DNA of 64,000 nt from Octopus sinensis. Its lineage: Eukaryota. The stretch lies in NCBI RefSeq assembly GCF_006345805.1, contig NC_043017.1:248001-312000 (forward strand). Reading direction: 5' to 3'. Positions 23,995-37,645 of the stretch are shown piece by piece. The position numbers and the translations under genes were made by a program. Under the pieces are notes generated by a model. The model had not been told where the DNA came from, ran no database searches, and saw only the letters and a program-made list of their open reading frames with translations. Within the stretch, counting starts at the first letter, position 1; each line of letters opens with the position of its first letter.

Positions 23995-24580
23995 CATCTA
24001 CTTGTTTCAGTAAATGTTTCGCCAGTATTGCAATGTCATCTGCGTAGTCTAGATCCTTGACGGAAAAGTTATGACCAACAGTGACACCAGGGAACTCCCT
24101 TAATGCATTTGTGGTGATCCAGTCAATGGCATAATTGAAAAGAGTTGCCGAAAGAACACATCCCTGCCGAACGCCAGACCGTATTTCAAAGGGTTCTGAC
24201 ACTTCACTGTACACGCGTACATGGGATCTTGTTGAGCAGTAATAAGCTTTGATAAGATTGAGAAGTTTAGGTGGGATACCATCTGCCTGTATGACCTTCC
24301 AGTCATCTACGATGCAATTGCCCCAGCTCCTCTTCAGGGTTGGCGAAAGCGATGTGGTGGACAATGAAAAACCTGGCTGATGACAGTCAAGGCTGATCTG
24401 GAATCCAACCTATGCCCCCATGTCTATGGCGTTCACCGCTGGAATAGGGAGTGGTTGGAGATCACGCGGTCATTAGCCTCAAATCGCCAGGCCTGGTCGG
24501 CGTTTGTGAGAGACGCAGCATTGAGGATGAATGAAGTCAGCTCAACCCACCCTGGGTGAATGCTCAAGTCAAGTCAAGTC
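23995..24580. mobile_element. RTE-clade LINE fragment with an inverted 5' part
   Basis: Minus-strand RT (GIPPKLLNLIKAYY, SGVRQGCVLS, LDYADDIAIL; ~23995-24318) joined to a plus-strand C-terminus (GWRKRCGG, KTWLMTVKADL, NRQAWSAFVRDA) and a (CAAGT)n tail. Confidence 0.85.
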
Positions 24581-24582
24581 TA

Positions 24583-24880
24583 CCTGTTTCAGTCATTTGT
24601 CTGCGGCCATACTAGAGCACTGCCTTTAGTTGAACAAATCTACACCAGGACTTGTTTTTTGTAAGCTTATTCTATCGGTGTCTATTTCCTGGACTGCTAA
24701 GTGATCGGGATGTAAACAAACGAACATCAGTTGTCAAACAATGGTAGGAGGGGGGGACAAACACACACACTAATAACAAATACATAATCCGACGAACTTC
24801 TTTCAGTTTTTGTCTACTGAATCCCCTCACAAGGCCTTGGTCAGCCCAGGGCTATAGTAGAAGATACTTGCCCAAGTATG
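24583..24880 (-). mobile_element. SINE family A, degenerate
   Basis: Homology to 29930-30295. Confidence 0.65.
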
Positions 24881-25034
24881 ATCACAACTGTCCAACAAAC
24901 TGTAACATGAAACTCTGAGTAACAATTTATGAAAACTTGTTCAGCTTTAATAAAAAGCATATGTATGTGTGTGCGTGCATATATATATTATATATACATG
25001 TATATATATATATATGTATATATATATGTATATG

Positions 25035-25065
<31 letters not shown>

Positions 25066-25089
25066 TATATATACATGTATATATATATA

Positions 25090-25189
25090 NNNNNNNNNNN
25101 NNNNNNNNNNNNNNNNNNNNNNNNNNNNNNNNNNNNNNNNNNNNNNNNNNNNNNNNNNNNNNNNNNNNNNNNNNNNNNNNNNNNNNNNN
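25090..25189. other. Assembly gap of 100 N
   Basis: Run of N. Confidence 0.99.
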
Positions 25190-25299
25190 GTAAACACGTA
25201 GAGAGAGAGAGGAAAGAAGGCGAGAGACAGGAGAAGTGATGGGAATGAAAGAGAAAGAGACGAGAAGAAATATGTTGTGGAAAGAAAAATTTAGTAGAT

Positions 25300-25364
25300 A
25301 GAGTGAATTGATTTAGATAGATAGATAGATAGATAGATAGAGATAGAGAGAGAGATAGAGAGAG

Positions 25365-25399
<35 letters not shown>

Positions 25400-25524
25400 G
25401 AGATAGATAGATAGAGAGATAGATAGAGAGATGGATGGATAGAGAGATAGATAGAGAGATGGATGGATAGAGAGATAGATAGAGAGATGGATGGATAGAG
25501 AGATAGAGAGATGGATGGATAGAG

Positions 25525-25563
<39 letters not shown>

Positions 25564-25700
25564 GAGATAGAGAGTAGATAGAGATAGAAGATAAAAAGAT
25601 ATAGATAGATATAGATAGATAGATAGATAGATAGTTGGATAGATAGATAAATAGATAGATAAGATAGATAGATAGTATAGTTGGAGTAGATAGCTAGATA
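25300..25700. repeat. (GATA)n/(GA)n microsatellite starting a purine-rich tract
   Basis: Read directly from the sequence. Confidence 0.95.
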
Positions 25701-27337
25701 GATAGTGGATAGATGGCTGGCTGGACGGACGAATAGGTAGACAGAGAGAATCAGGGGTAAGAGGAAGTCTAGAGAGCTGGAGAAGGTTGATGGGCGAGAA
25801 GAGGAAGTGGGGAGGAGGAGAGTAAGAGAGTAACAACTGATCGATCGATCGATATAGTAGGTTGGGAGATTGAAGGAAAACGAGAGGAATGGGTAGAGGC
25901 ATTGATGTAGAAAGAGAGAGGGGGATAGAGAGGAAGGTGGGGAGAAGAGTGATAGAGAAGGAAAGGAGAACAGAAAGAGGAAGGGGAGAGCCAGGTGGAG
26001 AATAACATGGGGAAAGAATGATGGTATGAGAGAGAGAGAGAGAGAGGAGGGAGTAAAGTGTAATATAAAGAAACTATGAGAGAGAGAGAAAGGTAGAGGG
26101 AGGTGAAGCGATAGAAGGAAGGAAAAGAGGAATGAGAGAGAGAGAAACGGTGTGTATACACAGACACACATATACGGTGTGTGTATATGATTTATAAACA
26201 TGTATGGTCAATATTATATACATGTGTGTGTATATGAATATGTAAATATTCGTGTATGTGTATACACACACACATATATACGCAGACACTGAAAAACCAC
26301 GCAAAAATATGCAACTTATATAACCCATGTTTTATATACACCCGCACACACACAATATGTGCTGCAGAGAATAACAATTTTAATTCCACAGCACAACAAC
26401 GATATGGAATATATAAATATTTACAAATGTTTAGACATATATTCACCATACTATATATAAACACACCTATATATTATACATACATATATAGATATATGCA
26501 CATATACATACATGTGTGTGTATAGGCGTGTGGTAGTGCGTATATAGACATAGAAAACATGCTTTAAATGAATTTATCCCTCTTGAACATATATAAACAC
26601 GCATACATACACGTGTGTGTACATACATATATACATGAATGTATGTATGTATACACACCTTTATATACATACTTCGTTTAATACAAACACAGATACAATA
26701 AATATTGATATACTCCATAAAAACAGACTGGAGGGTAACGAATAAGGAAATGCATCTATGTAAAATGTATACATCCACGCAGACACATATGTCCGTGTGT
26801 GTATAAATATGTATGTGTATACATATATATATAAAATGAGACATATATCTAACCGTAACTATCTATGTATCTAATATGTATGCATATACACAGGATACGC
26901 TGTTTTAACACACACACATATTTATACATACATACATGCCTACATATATACCTACGTACCTCCTAAATACATACACACATTCATGTGCACTGACTATAAA
27001 TACATCAAAATTGCAATGTAATAATAAATGTATATATCCGAATCTTACACACAACACGCACCCTAACACATCCATCTCTCTATCTATACTCATGTTCTGC
27101 GTGTATGTTGTCTATACAATATACATTGATATAAACAGAACCCATATATATATATATATATTGTCCTAAAATAATACATACATTCCCACCCACGTACAGA
27201 TATATTTAATTATAGTCAAAACACATTCTCCATGTAGATAGAAATATATACACTCTTAAGACGTAGATATAGATATAAATAGACACGAAACACTATAAAC
27301 ATAACGGATACTCAAACGCCGACATACATACATACAT

Positions 27338-27378
<41 letters not shown>

Positions 27379-27689
27379 CACATAAACATACTGTGTGTAT
27401 ATAAATAAGTGATACATAAATATGTGATGGCTGTATATATAAAGAAATGAGTGTGGCAGTATGTATACAGAATACTAACCATAACTGAATATCTATTAGA
27501 CATAATATAATATAATTAGACATAATATAATTAAGGATAAATGCATACACACGTGTATGTATGTGTGTATATAAACACATACACACACATATATATGGAC
27601 ACATTGATACATATACATATATAGTATTGTATCTTGTGTGTGTGTATATATATGTTGTTATGTTTTCAATGTCATCATATATCAAGTGT

Positions 27690-27729
<40 letters not shown>

Positions 27730-28604
27730 TATATATATATATGCGGGTGTGTATTCTCTTATTTCTCTGCTTCTATATGAATAAACATAGAAATATATAA
27801 TATAATGATATATAGATATATAGATACCTTGAATTTCCATCGGAGAAGAGAAGAGTGAGAGAGAAAAAGAATGAAGGTGAGTGTTGTGGGGCCAAATGGA
27901 ATCCTCCCTCACTGGCACTTGTACTCCTGTTTCGAAGGGGTTGGGGGGCTGTTCTGTAGACTTACTCTTGTCTACATCCAGCAGGGGTTGTATATAGTAG
28001 GTGTGACTTATCTAGTGGTGACAGGTGACAAGCAGGTAGTATGATATAGATCGAGAGGCAGATGGAGAGAGTGTGGCGAGAGAATAAGGAAGAGAGTGAA
28101 TCGGCGCGGGAGTGAGTGAGACTAAAGCGAAACGATGGATGGAACATGAGAGTGACAGAGAGAGTGGGAGGGATAGAGAAGAGAGAGTGGGTGTGTGAGA
28201 GAGAAAGAGAGAAAATTTGCGCGGGAGTGATATAGGCTTAAGTGGAAGTAAGAGGGAGAGAGAGAAAAGAGAGTGGAAGGAAGAGAGAGTGTGTGAGAGA
28301 GAGAGAGAGATAGAGTGGATTAGTGAGGGAATGATTGAGACTTAAGTGAAACTGGATGGATCGAGAGAGAGAGAGGAAAAGATAAAGATAGACAAAGAGA
28401 GAGGGGGAGAGTCAGAGAACGGGGGAAGAGAGAAGACAAGAAGGGGTTAGTTTGCGTGCGTATGTGTGTGTGTATGTGTGATTGTGTGCGTGTGTTTGTG
28501 TATCTGAAATGGAGAGAGAGAGAGAGAGAGATTCAAAAGAGACAGAAAGACGGAGAGAGAAAGATAGACAGACAGAGAGGAAGAAAATCAACGAGTGAGT
28601 GAGT

Positions 28605-28635
<31 letters not shown>

Positions 28636-29794
28636 GTGTGCGCATAATATAGTAAGAAATATTGTGCCGATACGCTTATGTTTGTCTACCTGCTATTCTG
28701 TGTGTGTGTGTGTGTGTGCGGTATTGTAAATATTGGCGATTTAAAGCAAATGTGTGTGTATATATAAATATATATATATACAGAGGGGGTGGGGAGAAAA
28801 CAACTGAGCAAGTGTATAAGTTAGAGAGAGACAGGGTAAGTAATATTAACGGGGAAGGATAGTAAGAGTGAATCACTTGAATAGGCAGACAGAGAGAGAG
28901 AGTAAGATAGATGAAAGAAAGAGAGAGGGATGAGGAGAGGTAGGCAGAAATAAAAGAGAGAAAGATAGATGAAGAGAAAGAGGGAGAGAGTATTTTCACT
29001 AATTCCACCAAGAGACACGATCTCGCTTAAACGTTATCGAAAACCACTGACATGGAAATAACATCGCCATCAGCATCCGCACCGCCATCGGCATCACACT
29101 GTCACCATCACGATCGTCTTCATCATCATCATCATCGTCTCTGTCATCACCACCATCATTATAACCACTATCACAACCATCATTATCATCGTCGTCGTCG
29201 TCGTCATCATCATCATCACCACCATCATCGTCATGATAAGAAAACGAAGAGAATCACTAACCTGCCAATTCGATGTTTCTTTTGATGCGTGTATATATAT
29301 ATATATATATATATACGTATATATATATATATAAACATGTGTGTGTATGCTTGTGTATGTGTGAATGTCTATGTATGTATGAGGAAACGGAAGAATTGAG
29401 AAGAGTCATTGCATTGTATAGAATATCTCCATTTCTTAGCTAACAGCTGAGCCTCCACTCCATTCTTACTTGCAGTTTCATATATACACTGTCTTTATAC
29501 ACACGTGATCAAGCTGAAAAATTCCCGATACTTTGCATACATACATTCCCACACACTCATATACACACGCACAAATGTACATAGATGTATGTATATAGTA
29601 TGTATGTGTAATATATAATTATATAATATATATATATATATATATATAAGGTTAATCCAAACGAGAAAACAGAAAAAACAAAACACACAGGAGGGGAACA
29701 ATTAAGTATTATTATTAGGCGCTCATATATATATATATATATATATATATACTATAATATATATATATATATATATATAGATATATAGATATAT

Positions 29795-29837
<43 letters not shown>

Positions 29838-29875
29838 TATATATATATATATAATATATATATTATATATAGATA

Positions 29876-29917
<42 letters not shown>

Positions 29918-29929
29918 TATATATATATT

Positions 29930-30295
29930 ACTCTTTTACTTGCTTCAGTCATTTGACTGTGCCATGCTGGAGCACTGCCTTTAGTCGAGCAAATCGACCT
30001 CAGGACTTATTCTTTGTAAGCCTAGTACTTATTCTATCGGTCTCTTTTGCCGAACCGCTAAGTTACGGGGACGGAAATACACCAGCATCGGTTGTCAAGC
30101 GATGTTGGGGAGAACACACACACACACACACACACAACACACACACATACATATATACCATGGGCTTTTTTCAGTTTCCGGCTACCAAATCCACTCACAA
30201 GGCTTTGGTCGGCCCGAGGCTATAGCAGAAGACATTTGCCCAAGGTGCCAAGCAGTGAGACTGAACCCGGAACCATGTGGTTGGTAAGCAAGCTA
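29930..30295 (-). mobile_element. SINE family A, near full length
   Basis: tRNA-like head, CCTTGGGCAAA motif, internal (TG)n, and 3' GGCAGTGCTCCAGCATGGCACAGTCAAATGACTGAAGCAAGTAAAAG. Confidence 0.8.
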
Positions 30296-31319
30296 TATAT
30301 CTTTATATATAACAAATGTATTTGGACTTAAACAGTAGCTTTTGTTCACCTCATCGACATGTTTAATGACTGAGAGTGCACAACGAATCAACAAGTAGTC
30401 GGCGCTATGACTATATGACTAAGTAAACTGTACACACACTCTCTCTCTCTCTTTCTGTCCCTTCTCTCTCCTATGTGTGTTTGTGCGTGCTTGAGTGTTT
30501 GCATGTGTGAGTGTAGGTGTATGTGAGCGAGCGTGTGTAAGTGTGAATGTGTATGTATGTGAGTGTGCGTGTGTGAATGTGTGTGTATGGCCAGAGAAAT
30601 CACCTCCTCCACTCCTACTCATGAGGGCAGGTAGAGCTGACTCGTCAAGTCACACTCTCCTCCTCATACTTTTCACTCAAACTCAGTCACACTCATACAT
30701 TCTCTTTCACTCACACTCATATCTCTGCTGCTTCTCCCCCGTTCATCGCTTTTCTTTTTCTTTCTTTCTCTTATCTCCCTCCCTCTTTTTCTCTATTTTT
30801 CTTTTCTCTCTTTCTCTTATTCTATTGCTCCCCCCCTCACATACGTGTTAGACTTTCTCTTTCTCATCCACTCCCACCCCTTTTCCTTTCTTTCCCTCTA
30901 CAACACTTACTTAACTTTTCTCTCCTTCTCCCTCCCTCTTTCTTTGTTTCTATCTATTCCTCTGATCGCCTTACTCCTTTAGACATTCCTTTCTTTCTCT
31001 TATCTACCTGTGTGTGTGTGTGTCTTCCTCTCTCTCTCTAGGATTGTCCCCTCCCTCACAAACGTGTTATACTCTCTTGCTCCCTCTCTATCACTCTCAC
31101 AACTCCCGGTCCACTACACTTCGTTAACTTTCCTCCCCTTCATCCCTCTCTTTTTTATCCCTCTCTTTATTTATCTCTTTGTCGCTCTCGACTCTCTCCG
31201 TTAGTATCTTCTTTCTGTTTCTCTTTTCCTTTCCATCACAAAATTTCCTTCCAAATCCCTCTTTCGTCATGTTCATTCCTTGTTTGTCTATCTATATCAT
31301 CTATCTATCTATCTATCTA

Positions 31320-31380
<61 letters not shown>

Positions 31381-33187
31381 TCTGTCTATGTGTCTTTCTC
31401 TTTCTTTTCCTTCTCTCTCCCTCCCCTCTCTCTCCATCTAACTCTGATATTCTACTCACACTTCGCCCACTCATTTCTCCCTACCTCCTTCTCCCTTGTT
31501 TGCTTTACCACTCACTCACTTCGATCGTCTCGCAATCACGCTATCCATTCCCCCCCCCTCTCTCTCTCTCTCTTCATCTCTCTTTTACATTCACTCTCTC
31601 CTTATTGCTCTTCCTCACTTACTCCCATCTGTGTTTCCTTCCTTCTCGGCCTCAGCTTACACTACGGCTTGTACTCCACCTCAGTCGTCTGCTTTACTTC
31701 TTTCGATATACTTGTACAAGTAATCTCTCTCACTCTCCCGCTCTCCCTCTCTCTTACACATACCTCCTCATTGACTCACTCCATTCACCCTTTCACCGCC
31801 CTTACTCTTCCATATCTCCCCCTCGTGCATGTCACACACTCAGCCCCGTTCATGCATATTCCACATTCGTGTCTCTTCAATACTTACCAATATTCATAGA
31901 ATCATCCTCACTCGAGTATCACTCAGTCCCACTTCATCTCGACGCCTGCTTCTTTAGCTCTCTCATCATTTCCTTTACTTCCTTCTCTCCCAATCACTGT
32001 GCTAACCTATACGTCTCTCTCCTCTCCTCTCTCTCTCTCTCTCTCTCTCTGTCCCTTTGTGTGTGCGTTTGTGGATGTATGTGTGAGTAAATATATATAA
32101 AGATATATGTATATATATATATATATATCGGAAGGTTTGGAGATGATGTACAGGTATTATATATTAGAAAAATTGAGGTAATCAGGGCAGATGGTTCATA
32201 TTTGTAGATATTTATTTATATATTACATTTTTTACATAATATCATATCATCGGATTAGCGCTTGCTCCCATTCTAGTGGGTTTTCAAATCAAATCAGTTG
32301 TGGGTAGTTTGAACCTTTTTATAGTTTCGTAGTAGTGGGTGAGGAGGGAAGTGAGACAGAGAAGAAAATATTGTGTATGTGTGTGTGTCTGTGTGTGTGT
32401 GCGTGTGTGTGTGTGTGTGTGTGCATTTATATCTGAGAGTGAAGAAGTGTTATTTCCGTTGGTCTGCTGGACCCCCTGTGGTTTTATAAGAACTTTGGCC
32501 GTCCATTTCAATGTCACTGAGTGTGTGTTGTGCATAGGTTGGCCTGGCAAATGTCATTTGGGGTCACACTTTCTATGATCATTCTGTGGAGGTGTGTGTG
32601 TGTGTGTGTCTCTGTGTGTCTGTGTGTGTTTTGTGTGGGTGTTGTGTGGTGTGTGTGTGTATGTGTGTGTGTGTGTGTGTGTGTCTGTGTGTTTGGAGAA
32701 GGGGAGAGAGACAAAAAGAGAAAAGGGAAAATAAAAATAATAATAATAAAAATAAAAAATAAAAAAATAAAAAAATAAAATAAAATAAAATAAAAACAAA
32801 AAAAAAAATAAAATAAAAAAATTATAAAGAATAAATAAAAATATAAAGAATAAAAAATAAAAAATAAAAATAAAAAAAAATAAAAATAAGGGAGGAAGTG
32901 GAGAAGAAAAATATTTTTGTGTGTTGATATTTATCAACACATATATATACACACACACAGACTTATACATAAAATATTTGAAAAAACCTTTTTATCAGTT
33001 CAAATGAACAACCAAATTATACCATCTTGAAAGTTGTATGTCATAGGAAAGTTAAAACTAAAGTGACAATTAAAGGGTAAGATGGAAGTGAATTATAAAG
33101 ATAATAATATAATATGATGTATATAACAGGCAATACACACATCTACACACACACAGATTTTTCCTTCAATGTATGTTGAGTAAAGTT

Positions 33188-34655
33188 TCAGCCATTTAAT
33201 TTGGGGAGAACTTAGCTATGAAATGTTTTCCATATTCCTCCTGAAGGGGGTGTCATTCTTCGGACACTTGTAGAAGGGAAATATCTTAAATTTTCCTTCT
33301 CCGCATGTAGCTAGGTGTGTGCTTAGTGGTATTTTGCGTAGTTCTTCCTGCCGAATATGTTGTCGGTGGATCCTGGCTCGCTGGCACAAGAATTACCAGT
33401 TTCTCCTACGTAATTCTCCTTGCATGTGGGGCAGGTTATGCAGTATATGACGTTCTGCGTCTTGCAGTTCATATCTGCATTTACTTTGAATATGACACCA
33501 TTTTTAAATCTTATCTCTCTGTTGCTCTCTATGTATTTGTAGGTGGGGTTGCTGCAGGTCCCACATCTACCATCTCCGCACTCTTTTGCAAAGAATTCCG
33601 TTTAGTTTCTGAAGAGAATTTCGCTCTTGTTAGGTGTTTTTTAGGTTTTTGTCCTGTCGTCTACTGTTTTTTATGCTATATTTGTTAATATGTTTTTCAT
33701 TTGGGGCTCTGTAAGGCTATTGGTAGGTTTGAATGTATGGTTTGGAAGATGTTGGTAACTCCAGGGTTGTGTGTGTTTATAAAGGGATAGTGTTTTCTTT
33801 GTTTTTTGTTTTGGGTGTCCTGAGTTGTGTGATGTCTAGTTTTAATGCTCTTGTGATTCCATTTTCTATTAGTTTAAGGGGGTATTTTTGCTCTAGGAGG
33901 AAGCTTTTGAGTTCATCTAGTCTTATTAATCGTATTTGTGAATCAGTTACTATGCTACATATTCGTCGTGCCATACTATATGGGATGTTTCTTTTGTGTG
34001 GGATGGGTGGCAGGAGTGGAAATTTAAGTATTGATGTGTGTCAGTTTTTTTGTAGTGGATGTCTGTTGTGACGATGGAGTTGTGTATTTTGATGTTGATG
34101 TCTAGGAAGGGAAGTTCGTTGTGGCTGGTATCTATTGTGAAATTGATAGATGGGTGCAGCGTATTGAGGATGTTGTGGAATGTTTGTAGGTCCTCTTCTG
34201 ATCTGTTCCAAAAGATGAAACAGTCATCGAGGTAGCGTTTCCACTTTTTCTTGATGTCTTCTCTGAAGTCGTGTTCGAAGACTTTCCCTATTTCGTCATA
34301 TAGTTTTTTCTCCAGGAAGCCCATCACTAGGTTGGCATATGAAGGTGCGAATTTTGTACCCATAGCCGTGCCTTTTATCTGTCGGTATGTCTTGTTGTTG
34401 AATGAGAATGTGTTTTCTTCTAGTATTAGTTGGGTGGCTTGGGTGATAAAGTTTGTCTTGAAGCGTTCATCTATAAGTTCTCTGTATTTTTCTATTGATT
34501 GTTTTATAGCTTCTAGACCTAGGGTGTGTGGTATGTTGTGTATAGATTTGTGACATCAAAGCTTGCAAGTATGGTGTTTTTCGGGACTGTATTTGGAATG
34601 TGTGTGAGGAAGTCTATGTCATCCCTTATGTAGCTTGGAATCTGTGGGCATAGAG
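33188..34655 (-). mobile_element. Penelope-like element (Neptune type), 5'-truncated and frameshifted RT plus GIY-YIG
   Basis: SFDVTNLYT, MGTKFAPSYANL, RYLDDCF, LPFLDI, NVIYCITCPTCKENYVGETG and a terminal SPKLNG-stop. Confidence 0.9.
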
Positions 34656-34674
34656 GTCTGTGTGGTGGGGTAAG

Positions 34675-34708
<34 letters not shown>

Positions 34709-34712
34709 ATAT

Positions 34713-35112
34713 ATATTCTTTTTATTCTTTTATTTGTTTGTCATTTGACTGCGGCCATGCTGGAGCATCGCCTTTAGTCGAGCAAATCGACCCCCAGGAC
34801 TTATTCTTTGTAAGCCTAGTACTTATTCTATCGGTCTCTTTTGCCGAACCGCTAAGTTACGGGGACGTAAACACACCTGCATTGGTTGTCAAGCGATGTT
34901 GTTGGGAAAAGCACAGACACACAAACATATACGTACACACACCTATATATATTTATACATACGACGGGCTTCTTTCAGTTTCCGTCTCCTAAATCCACTC
35001 ACAAGGCTTTGGTCGGCCCGAGGCTATGGTAGAAGACACTTGCCCAAGGTGCCACGCAGTGGGACTGAACCTATGACCATGTGGTTGGTAAGCAAGCTAC
35101 TTACCACACAGA
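34713..35112 (-). mobile_element. SINE family A, full length
   Basis: Complete head (GTGTGGTAAGTAGCTTGCTTACCAACCAC), CCTTGGGCAAGTGTC, and 3' tail. Confidence 0.85.
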
Positions 35113-35174
35113 CACTCGTGGATCTTTTTGTATCAATGTACGATAAGCTAGGCAACCAGTGCTGCCGGGTATGC

Positions 35175-35390
35175 GAATAAGAATACAAGAATTAAGGAAT
35201 GGAGCGAATAAGAATACAAGAATTAAGGAATGGAGCGAATTAGAATACAAGAATTAAGGAATGGAGCGAATAAGAATACAAGAATTAAGGAATGGAGCGA
35301 ATTAGAATACAAGAATTAAGGAATGGAGCGAATTAGAATACAAGAATTAAGGAATGGAGCGAATAAGAATACAAGAATTAAGGAATGGAG
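35175..35390. repeat. 31-bp tandem array, 7 copies
   Basis: GAAT(A/T)AGAATACAAGAATTAAGGAATGGAGC starts at 35175 and recurs every 31 bp up to 35361. Confidence 0.95.
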
Positions 35391-35682
35391 TAGATAAGAT
35401 CCGGGCTACATATGTTTCTCAGCGAGCGGAACCTCAGAAATGGTAAATATATCCAAGAGAGGTGTATACCGCAGGCTACTGGTCAGGCCAACGGTATCAT
35501 GATTAAACGAAAGTTTACTTTGTGGCAAGGGGGTAGGCATTAACACTGGGAGATTCAAACAGAGAGGGTGGGCCTGAACGAGTTCACCTCACATGGATAT
35601 TTACTAATTCTGACGTTCCACTCGCATTGAAACAAATGTAGCCCGGATCTTATCTACTACATTCTTAACTCTCCTATTCTAA
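35360..35682. mobile_element. Foldback/MITE-like element with ~110-bp imperfect terminal inverted repeats
   Basis: Perfect 23-bp core AGTAGATAAGATCCGGGCTACAT (35389-35411) against 35636-35658; homology extends inward and outward. Confidence 0.8.
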
Positions 35683-35725
35683 TGTGTGTACGCGCGTGTG
35701 TGTGTTGGGAAATGTGTGTGTGTGT

Positions 35726-36107
35726 GGGGCGCAATGGCCTAGTGGTTAGGTCAGCGGACTCGCGGTCGTGGGATCTCGGTTTCGATTCCCAGACCGGGCG
35801 TTGTGAGTGTTTATTGAGCGTAAACACCTAAAGCCCCACGAGGCTCCGGCAGCGGGTGGTGGCGAACCCTGCTGTACTCTTTCACCACAACTTTCCCCTC
35901 ACTCTTTCTTCTTGTTTCTGTTGTACCTATATTTCGAAGGGCCAGCCTCGTTACACTCTGAATCTCCCCAAGAACTACGTTAAATGTACACGTGTCTGTG
36001 GAGTGCTCAGCCAATTATACGACAATTTCACGAGCTGGCTCTTCCGTTGATCGGATCAACTGGCACCCTCGTCGTCGTAACCGACGGAGTGCCACAATGT
36101 CGGTCGG
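35726..36107 (+). mobile_element. tRNA-derived SINE family C
   Basis: Head GGCGCAATGGCCTAGTGGTTAGG...GGTTTCGATTCCCAGACCGGG; second copy at 37440-37645 on the minus strand. Confidence 0.75.
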
Positions 36108-37439
36108 GCTGTCTGTCTGTCTGTATGTATGTATATAGCGTGTGTATCGTTGGCGATTTTCTTTCTCCGTATCTCTATATCTCTGTGATATGTACATACA
36201 TACACATGTACATACAAATACACACGATCACACACAGACTCACGCTCGCACACACACACACATACTTATACACGCAAATACACACATACTGATACAAACA
36301 CACTCATGCACATGAATATACGCGTACACACTCATGCATACACACACACAAGCACATATACATACGTTCACAGACTCACGTATATATACACAGAAATACA
36401 CATGCACAGACAAAAACGTACTCATTCACACACGCACACACAGACCCACACACGCACACACAGACCCACACACACACAAACGTACTCATATACGCATACA
36501 CAAACAAAATTCATGCATCATACACATACACATTGACACATACATTCATACACTCACACACACAGAAGCAGGCGCACGTTCGTGCCAATCACACGTACAA
36601 ACGCGTGCGGACGATCAGACGACGCGCGTGCTACTTGGCGCGCTGAGTGGTTAGTTGGTGTGATGGTTGTGGTAGTGGTTGTGATAATATTAAAGCGGTG
36701 ATGGTGGGGTGATAGCGACAAGGTGGTGGTGGCGGTATTATTGTTGTTGTTGGTAGCGGTGGTGGCGATGATTGCCAGCAAGGTAGTGGCGTTGGCGTTG
36801 ATGGTGATGGCTGAAAAGTGATCGTGGTGGTGGTGGTGGTGGTGGCGGTGATGACTAGTTTGATATTTGAAATGATTGGTTGGACGGTTAGCTGGATGGT
36901 TTAAAGGTTAGATGAACGGTTGACGAGTTATGGGGGACGGAAACGTGTTTACTGGAATTTAACGAACGCTTCGTTGGATAATCGAATTGTCAATGGTTAC
37001 TCAGATGAGTGGTCTTTATTCTTTGCTCTGTTCCGGGCATATATTTCCCTGGCGTCCATACATCATAAACAATTCATGCTTAGCTTTTACTTTTTGCTTC
37101 TTGCGGTCACTGGACTGCAGCCATGCTGGGGCACCGCATTGATGGGTTTTAGTCGAACGAATTGACCCATCCCAGTACTTCTTCAAAGGCCTGTTACTTA
37201 TTACTCTAATGGACTCTTTTACGGAACTGCTAAGTTGCAGGGAGGTAAACAAACAAACCAATACCAGTTGATATTCTAGGGAAGTATCCGCATCAAGTTG
37301 AGGTATAAACTAAACAAACTACAGTTTAGGGCAGAGTTTTTGAAACCGTCTTTCACGAAGTTAAGTAAAATTTGATCTATTTGGCGAAAATTTACGAATT
37401 TGTTTACGAATATTTCACTTATGAATATCTAACGATATT

Positions 37440-37645
37440 AGACACATGGAAGAGAAGAGGAAAAAAAGAGGGAGAGAAAGTTGTGGTAAAAGAGTAAAGC
37501 AGGGTTCGCTACTAGCCCCTGCCGGAGCCTCGTGGAGATGTTGGTGTTTTCGCTCAAAAAACACTCACAACACCCGGTCTGGGAATCAAAACTGCGATCC
37601 TACGACTGCGAGTCCGCTGCCCTCACCACTGGACCATTGCGCCTC
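37440..37645 (-). mobile_element. tRNA-derived SINE family C, 5' part
   Basis: The reverse complement aligns to 35726-35930. Confidence 0.75.

Noticed and set aside
25065-26201. 378-aa and 303-aa (31179-32090) L/S/F-rich ORFs resembling membrane proteins
   Set aside because: They are translations of GA/GATA-rich low-complexity tracts, and one spans the N gap.
29052-29285. His-rich ORF, and the Lys/Glu-rich ORF at 41065-41373
   Set aside because: They derive from (CAT/CAC/CGT)n and (GAA/GGA)n simple repeats.
35175-35390. CRISPR-like 31-bp repeats
   Set aside because: The units are contiguous with no spacers, there are no cas genes, and the context is eukaryotic.
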